A DNA stretch of 64,000 nucleotides from Lama glama (taxonomy: Eukaryota): the NCBI GenBank assembly GCA_028534125.1, contig CM052816.1:48486001-48550000 (forward strand), written 5' to 3'. Each line of letters starts with the position of its first letter. The first letter of the stretch is position 1. Both the position numbers and the translations under genes were made by a program. Shown here piece by piece: positions 56,374-64,000 of this stretch. Under the pieces are notes generated by a model that saw only the letters and a list, made by a program, of their open reading frames with translations, made no database searches and was not told the DNA's origin.

Positions 56374-57861
56374 GGAGGTGATTCAAGATGGTAGCATAGG
56401 AAGATCCTGAACTCACCTCCTCCTAAGGATGCAACAAATCTACAATATATGAAATAATTCCCTCTGAAGGGGACCTGAAAATTGAATGAACAAAGTCAAC
56501 GTAACAAAGTGCACAAGGATAGCAAGAAGGGCAGGAGAAACAGATATACAATCTTGCAAGGAGAAAAGCCACACCTTAGCTTCAGCAATCTACAATTGGG
56601 AAGGATCACAAAGGTAGTTATTTTTTCCAAGGAGTGTGGGATTTGAACTCCAAATCAGGCATCACAAACCTTACATCCTGCCTTTGAGGCAGGACAGATG
56701 ATCCCCCAAATTACCTGCCTTTGAAAATCAATAGTATATACCTCTAGAAAACTATAGAACTATAGGGAACAGAAATCTCATTTTTAAAGGGCTCACACTG
56801 AGACACTCAACACAAAAACCATATGGGAAGGGGACCCACCTACTAATTTTGAAGCATCTGCTGAAAAACCAAGAACCACTTGAGACACTATCCAGGGACT
56901 AATACATTGGCAGGAACCAATTTTTCAGTCTCAGACTACCTTGCCAAGGCCAGTGCTGACAAGTGCCTTTTGGAGTTTTCCCTCTAACCTACTGGTGCCA
57001 GTGGGTACACCCCACCAAGAGGCCTGCCCGCCCCTGCTCCTTGACTGGGCCTCACAATAAACCAGGTGATAACTCTGCTCACCAGTGCTCAGTATCCGCT
57101 CAACCTTCCAGCCCTTCCAAGGACTGGCCCTGCCAGAGCAGAAGGGTCCACACGGTCTACATAAGGGACATCTGGCTCTTTTGGCCAAGCAGGATTGTAC
57201 TTCTAAACCTCACAGGGTATCTCCTACACAATGCCACTCCTTCAAGACTGATAGAGATAGCTGATTTACCACAAATACGGGAGAAACAGAGAATCAGGCA
57301 AAATGAGGAGACAGAGGAATCTAAAGAATAAGACATAACCTCAGAAAAAGAGCTAAACAAAATAGATCTAAACATTCTAAATGATAACAAGTTCACAGTA
57401 ATGACCATAAGGCTGCACACTGAACTTGGGAAAATAATGGACAAATACAGAGAGAACCTCAAAAAAGATACAGAAAATATAAATAATTACCAAACAGAAG
57501 TTTTAGCTGAATTGAAAAATACACTAAAGGGGTTCAACAACAGACTAAAGAGCACATAAAGAGACACATATCAAGAAGTGTTATAATTAAAATGATAAAA
57601 ATTAGGAATAAAGAGAGCCCTAAAAGCAGCAAGAGAAAAACAATTTGTTATATACAATTTAAACCCCTTAAGGCTACCAGAAGATTTTTTTTTTAGCAGA
57701 ACCTGTATAAGCCAGAAGGGAGAGGCATGACATTATTCAAAGTGCTGAAAAGAAAAAAAAAAAAAAGCAAAAAAACTACCAACAAAGTATTCTCTACCCA
57801 GCAAGGCAATCATTTAGAATGATTACCTTATATCATTCAGAATGATTAACATTTATCAATC

Positions 57862-59586
57862 GCCTTTTATTTCTGTCTCTTGCCTGATTGCTGCGGCTAG
57901 GACTTACAAGACTATGTTGAATAGGAGTGGTGATAGTGGGCAGCCTTGTCTTGTCCCAGATTTTAGTGGGAAGCTTTTGAGTTTTTCACCATTGAGTGCT
58001 ATGCTAGCTGTAGGTTTCATATATAGCTTTTATTATGTTGAGATATGTTCCCTCTATACCCACTTTGGTGAGAGTTTTTAATTATAAATGGGTGTTGGAT
58101 TTTATCAAATGCTTTTTCTGCATCTGTTGAGATGATCATGTGGTTTTTGTTCTTTCTCTTGTTGATGTGATGTATTACATTGATTGATTTGTGTATGTTG
58201 AACCACTCTTGTGTCCCTGGGATGAACCCCACTTGATCATGATGTATAATCTTTTTTATGTGCTGTTGGATTCTATTTGCTAATATTTTGGTAAGGATTT
58301 TTGCATCTATGTTCATAAGTGATATTGGTCTTTTAATTCTCTTTTTTGGTGGTGTCTTTGCCTGGTTTTGGTATTGGGATGATGGTGACTTCATAGAATG
58401 AGTTTGAGAGCATTCCCTCCTTTTCAATCTTCTGGAAGGGTTTGAGAAGGACTGGTATGAGTTCTTCTTTGTATGTTTGGTAGAATTCCCCTGTGAAGCC
58501 ATCCAGTCCTGGACTTTTATTTGTATGGAGATTTTTTTATTGCTATTTGATTTCATTTCTAGTGTTGGTTTGTTCAAGTGGTCAGTTTCTTCTTGGCTCA
58601 GTCTTGGTGGACTCTATGTTTCCAGAAACTTGTCCATCTCCTCTAGGTTATCCATTTTGGTTCCATATTGTTTTTCATAATATTCTCATATGATATTCTG
58701 TATTTCTATGTTATTTGTTGTAATTTCTCCATTTTCCTTTCTTATTTTGCTGATTTGTGCTCTCTCTTTTTTATTCTTTGTGAGTTTGGTCATAGATTTG
58801 TCGATTTTATTTACTTTTTCAAAAAACCAGCTTTTGGTTTGATTGATTTTTTCTATGGTTTTTTTAATCTCTATTTTATTTACTTCCTCCCTGATCTTTA
58901 TTATCTCCTTCCTTTTGCTGCCTTTTGGGATTTTTTTGCTCTTCTTTTTCTAATTCTTTTAGCTGGTGGGTTAGATTGTTTATTTGAGTCTGTTCATCTC
59001 TTTTGAGGAAGGCCTGTGTTGCTATAAACTTCCCTCTTAGCACTGCGTTTGCTGTGTCCCATAAAATTTGTGTGGTTGTGTTTTCATTTTCATTTGTCTT
59101 AAGGTATTTTTTAATTTCAACTTTGATTTCCTCATTGATCCATTGGTTTTTTAATAGTATGGTGTTTAATCTCCATGCTTTCCATTTTTTTCTCCTTTAT
59201 TTCTCTGTAGTTGATTTCTAGTTTCATGGCATTGTGGTCAGTAAAGATGCTGAGATAATTTCTATCTTCTTAAAATTGTTAAGGCTTCTTTTGTGCCCAA
59301 GTCCATGATCAATCCTAAAAAATGTTCCATGTGCACTTGAAAAGAATGTATATCCTATTTTTGGGGGGTGTAATGCGCTGAAAATATCCATCAATTCTAA
59401 TTTTTCTATTGTATCATTTAATTTCTCTGTTGCCTTATTTATTTTCTGTCTGGAAGATCTGTCTAGTGATGTTAATGCAGTGTTAAAATCTCCAACAATG
59501 ATTGTATTCCTATCAATATCCCCCTTTATCTCTGTTAATAATTGTTTTATGTACTTAGGTGCTCCTATATTGGGTGCATATATATT
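57862..59586 (-). mobile_element. Younger internal L1 ORF2 fragment (EN to RT), with no 3' end, poly(A) or TSD
   Basis: ORF 58017..58577 contains [39 protein letters not shown]. The ends map to NIYAPNIGAPK and LFNIVL.VLA.AIRQE.EIKG. Confidence 0.92.
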
Positions 59587-59716
59587 AGATTGAGTTTTCC
59601 AGATAAATAAAAGACAGAGGAGTTCATCACCACTAAACTGATGGTAAAGGAAATTTTAAAGGGACTTCCTAATCTGAAAAGAAATGTCACTAATTAATAA
59701 TAAGAAAAATGTGAAA

Positions 59717-59853
59717 GGGAAGTGGGAGTTGGAGTGTATCTCAGTGGCAGAGAATATGATTAGCATACATGAGGTACTGGGTTCAATCCCCAGTACCTCC
59801 ATTATCGAAAACAAACAAACAAACAAACAAAGAGAGAAAGAGAAAGAGAGAGA
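59717..59853 (+). mobile_element. tRNA-derived SINE (camelid Vic-1-like) with perfect 15-bp TSD
   Basis: A-box-like 'tatctcagtggcagag', B-box 'gggttcaatccc', A-rich (AAAC)n/(AG)n tail. TSD AAGAAAAATGTGAAA at 59702-16 and 59854-68. Confidence 0.88.
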
Positions 59854-61054
59854 AAGAAAAATGTGAAATTGTAAATCTCACTGGAAAGGTAAATAAATAA
59901 ATAAGTAGAGGTAACAATACTTCTGGTCCCATTAAAAACCATCATTTTAGTTTTTTAAAAAAGGTAAATAAAGGTAGTGCATTAATCACAATGTAAGTAT
60001 GATAGTTAAAAGGCAAAAGTAATAAAATTAAGTAAAGTCATAGCAATTAGTTAAGGGATACATAAGATAAAAATGTGTCAAATATGTGATCAAAATATAA
60101 AATGTTGTGAGAGGAGTAAAATGATAAAACTTTGGGATGTGTTCTACCAACTTAAAATAGACTGCTATTTACATAAGATGTTATCTGTGAACCTCACAGT
60201 AACCACAAGGGGAAAAAAAAAACTTACAGTGAACACACAAAAGAAAAGGAGAAAGGAATCCAAACCTAACACTAAAACAAAACAAAACAAAACAAAAAAA
60301 ACTAACAAAAAGCAAGAGGAGAGAAAGAGAAGAAGAAAGGATTGGAGAAGGACCACAAAAATAGCCAGAAAACAATGAAAAAACAGCAATAGAGAAGTAA
60401 AGATCAGTGCAGAAATAAATTACATAGACTAAAAAAAATAGAAAAGAGTAATGGAACTAACAGTTGTTTCTTTGAAAAGATGCACACATTAACAAGCTGT
60501 TAGTTAGACTCACCTAGAAAAAAGAGAAAGGGTTCAAATAAATAAAATCAGAAATGAAACAAGAGCATTTGTAACTGAAACTACAGAAATACAGAAGATT
60601 ATGAGACTACCGTGAAAAATTATATGCCAAAAAATTGGATAACGTGGAAGAAATGGATACATTTCTGGAAACATGCACTCTTATAAGAGTGAACCATGAC
60701 AAAAAAGAAATCAGAATAGACTTGCTACTAATAAGGAGATTGAAACAACAACCAAAACTCTCTCAATAAAAGCAACAACAAAAAAAGTCTAGGACTAGGA
60801 CCAGGCCAGACAGTCTTCACTGTTGAATTCTATAAAACATTCGAAGAAGATTTAATACCTATCCTTCTCAAAATCTTCCAGAAAATTGAAGAGGACGGAA
60901 ACATTTTAAACACATTTTGTGAAACCAAAATTACCAGAAAAACTTATCATACAAGACAAGGACACCATGAAAAGTAAAATTATAGGCGCACATCCTTGAT
61001 GAACATAGTTGTAAAAATTCTCAATAAAATATTAGTAAACTGAATCCAACAATA

Positions 61055-63010
61055 TGGACACACCTAGTTTTATTGTGCTTCACTTAATTGTACTTTGCAG
61101 GTATTGCGTACATTATTTAAAAACTGAAATTTTCTTAGGTAGGTTAATTCATATTTTGTTCTTTTTGATATGATGGTAAATGGAATTCTTTCCTTAATTT
61201 CTTTCTTATATTTTATTGTTAATGTATAGAAATGAAACAGTTTTCTGTCTATAATTTTGTATCCTGTAACCTTACTGAATTCATTGACAAGCTCAAATAG
61301 TTTTCCAGCAAAAGACTTCTACTCTGAAAACTGGAAGACACTGATGAAAGGAGATGAAGATGACACCAGCAGATGGGAAAATATGCCATGTTCTTGGATT
61401 GGAAGAATAAATAAATTGTTAAAATGACTGTAGTATCCAAAGCAATCTACAGACTCAATGCAATCAGTATCAAAATACCAATGGCATTTTTCACAGAAAT
61501 AGATCAAATAATTTTAAATGTATATGGAAACAAAAAAGGATCCCAAATAGCCAAAATAATCTTGAGAGAAAAGAGAAGAGCTATAGGAATTCTGCTCCCT
61601 GACTTCAGGCTATACTACTTCAATAAGTGGTGCTGGGAAAACTGAACAGCCACATGTGAAAGAATGAAGTTAGAACATTCTCTAACACCATATACAAAAA
61701 TAAACTCAAAACGGATTAAAGACCTAAATGTAAGGCAAGATACTACAAAACTCCTAGAGGAAAATGTATGCAGAGCAGTCTTTGACAAAACTCACAGCAA
61801 TATTTTTTTAGAAGTAAAGGAAATAAAAGTAAAAATAAATGGATAGGACCTAATTAAACTTACAAGCTTATACACGGCAAAGAAAACCATTGACAAATCA
61901 AAAAGACAATCTACTGAATGTGATACAATATTTGTAAGTGATATGACTGATAAGAGATTAATACCCAGCATATATAAACAACTCATACACTCAATATCAA
62001 AAGAACAAACAACCTGATGAAAAAAATGGGCAGAAGAACTGAACAGACATTTTTCCAAAGAGGAAATGCAGATGGCTAATAGGCATATGAAAAGTTGCTC
62101 AATCATAGCTAATCATCAGGGAAATGCAAATCAAAACTACAATGAAATATCACCTCACACCTGTCAGAATGGTTTTCATCAAAGAAAACATAAATAACAA
62201 ACATTGGCAAGGATGTGAAGAAAAGGGAACCCTTGTATACTGTTGGTGGGAGTGTAAATTGGTGTAGCCACTATGAAAAACGGTATGAGGTTACTCAAAA
62301 AACTAAAAATGAAACTACTATGTGACCAGTAATTCCACTCCTGGGTATATATCAAAAAAACAAAACAAAACAAAACATTAATTTGAAAAGATACATGCCA
62401 CCCCAGTGTTAACAGCAGCATTATTTATAATTGCTAAGATATGGAAGCAGCTTAAGTGTCCATCAGCAGATGAATGGATAAAGAAGATGTGAATGTGGTA
62501 TATATATATACAATGGACTGCTACTCAGCCATAAAAAAGAACAAAATTTTGCCTTTTGCAGCGACATGGATGGACTTGAAGAGCATTATGGTAAGGGAAA
62601 TAAGTCAGAGAAAGACGAAAACTATGATATCACTTATATCTGGAATCTAAAATATACAACAAACCAGTGACTATAACAAAAGAAAAGCAGACTCAGATAC
62701 AGAGAACTTATGAGTAGTTACTAGAGGGAAATGGGGGAGAAGGGCAATATTAAGATGAGGGAGTTGGAGGCACAAACTATCAGGTGTAAAATAGGTTTGA
62801 GGATGTATTGTACAACACACAGAATATAGCCAATATTCTGTAATAGCTTTAAATGTACAGTAACCTGTAAAAATCATATAACAAGAAAAAAATTAAAATT
62901 GAAGTTTTGTGGCAACTTCAGTTGTAGCAAGTCTATTGGCATCATTTTTTTTCAACAGTATTTGCTTACTTCATGTCTCTGTGTCACTTTTTGGAAATTC
63001 TTACAATATC
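61055..63010 (+). mobile_element. Tigger1 (TcMar) terminal fragment, split into 61055-61133 and 62895-63010
   Basis: TA + 'tggacacacctagttttattgtgcttcacttaattgtactttgcaggtattgc', resuming as 'aaattgaagttttgtggcaac..agcaagtctattggcatcattttt..catgtctctgtgtcac'. These are contiguous pieces of the Tigger1 end. Confidence 0.82.
61134..62894 (+). mobile_element. 5'-truncated L1 with 5' inversion (antisense 61134-~61303, sense ~61305-62894)
   Basis: ORF2 C-terminal ORFs ([30 protein letters not shown]), 3' UTR and A tail. TSD aaaactgaaatttt (61120-33) / aaaattgaagtttt (62895-908). Confidence 0.9.
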
Positions 63011-63159
63011 ACGAGGTCTGTGTTAGGCTTCCCTTTCTCCAGTCCTTTGGCCATACAGTACAGATAACTCCAAAGATGAGACACATTACCACCATTACAG
63101 TCTGTGTGATTTTAAGGAGATTGTTAATTCTCACTAAGGTTTAGTTTCAGCATCAACTA

Positions 63160-63300
63160 ATAGTTGAATAATATCCCCTTCCTTATAAAGCCATTATTAG
63201 GATTTGATAAATGGTCACATATAAAGCAATTGGCATAGTATTTGGTCCATGATTTTATAATAATAATTATATAATGACATGATTGTTATTGTTTTTGTGA
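63160..63300 (+). mobile_element. MIR 3' fragment
   Basis: 'taataatatcccct tccttata..ttattaggatt..ataaagc..tggcatagta'. Confidence 0.45.
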
Positions 63301-64000
63301 CTATTACATTTTTTACTCCTGTAGGCCTATCAGGATTAAACTTTTCTCAGCCCTTATAAGAATATACTATCTATATATCCTGTTACATGAAATGTTCTAC
63401 AAAAACACAGGGAATTTATAGAATTATATAAGATATCTCCTAACCTATATAGGTTAGGTTTATTCATACCTTACCTGCATATTTTTTCAATCTAGATCCC
63501 CAGTGAATTATTTTTAAAAAATAAGTGGTGATGTTGAAAATCAGTTAACAATTAAGGTCAACAGACATTTTTTATGTTGTCTCACTGATAAGGTTTAAGA
63601 GATGAATCATGATACTATCCAAAAATGACTTATTGATTTGCTTTATCAAGTTAGAACAAATTTCACCAAAATGCTAAATTAGAGATCATACTGAAAGATT
63701 AAACATTTTGCGTTCCTTTTGATTACATATGTGATCTCTAAAGATATATATTACTATATTGCTTTTTCAAAATAGATTTAAATGTATAACCATGTATAGA
63801 TATTGTTCATATTTAAATATCAAATTATTGAGAAAGATGAATAGATATGTAGGTATGACATGAAAAATGTAACAGCCTTGACTTTCTGTAAAGGAATTAG
63901 ATGATTTTAGATGTAAAACTGCAGTCACTATTTTCAGAAACTTGTTCTTGGCTGTTTTGTTAGATTCAGAGTTGGCCTAAAGCTTCTGCCTTGTAGCTGT

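Larger units (their letters stand above)
56374..61054 (+). mobile_element. L1 with intact 5' end (5' UTR, ORF1 from ~57303, partial ORF2), internally deleted and host to nested insertions
   Basis: Starts 'ggaggtgattcaagatggtagcataggaagatcctgaactcacctcc'. ORF1-like 'atgaggagacagaggaat..taaaagcagcaagagaaaa..gacattattcaaagtgctgaaa'. ORF2 'aagatcagtgcagaaataaat..tgaatccaacaata'. Confidence 0.85.

Noticed and set aside
57862..59586. Simple inversion of the host L1's own ORF2
   Set aside because: The host still carries the overlapping ORF2 segment in sense at ~60390-61054 and is more decayed, so the fragment is an independent copy
59725..59800. tRNA gene
   Set aside because: Degenerate cloverleaf, A-rich tail and TSD show it is a SINE
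1..64000. The ~70 ORFs of 60-186 aa as protein-coding genes
   Set aside because: Those with recognisable motifs are L1 ORF2 remnants or their antisense. The rest are short, compositionally biased, often start at TTG/GTG and lack splice context, as expected by chance in AT-rich mammalian DNA.
1..64000. CRISPR array, operon, rRNA/snRNA or other prokaryotic/viral system
   Set aside because: No regularly spaced repeats, gene-dense regions or structural RNA signatures; the sequence is mammalian and repeat-dominated

Overview
AT-rich, CpG-depleted mammalian (eutherian) genomic DNA that reads as intronic or intergenic. A tRNA-derived SINE resembling the camelid Vic-1-type SINE suggests a camel/alpaca/llama genome; this is inferred from a remembered consensus. 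A large part of the window is fossil transposable elements: L1 of several ages, L2, MIR, MaLR/ERVL/ERV1 LTRs and internal fragments, MER5 and Tigger1. The supplied ORFs are L1 remnants or chance ORFs. There is no intact multi-exon CDS, RNA gene, CRISPR array or prokaryotic system. The only gene-like signal is a 16-nt candidate exon at 2200-2215: an acceptor, a perfect Kozak ATG, and a GTAAGA donor inside a CpG-retaining, non-repetitive block. The most structured region is a nested TE stack at 56.0-63.0 kb. It includes an endless, TSD-less internal L1 ORF2 fragment with a snap-back filler junction (repair-type insertion) and a twin-primed L1 that splits a Tigger1. Decayed ERVL pol and a retroviral env TM fragment are also visible. 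TE family names come from recall of consensus sequences and were not searched. Boundaries of old repeats are approximate. I found no evidence for a genuinely new biological system.
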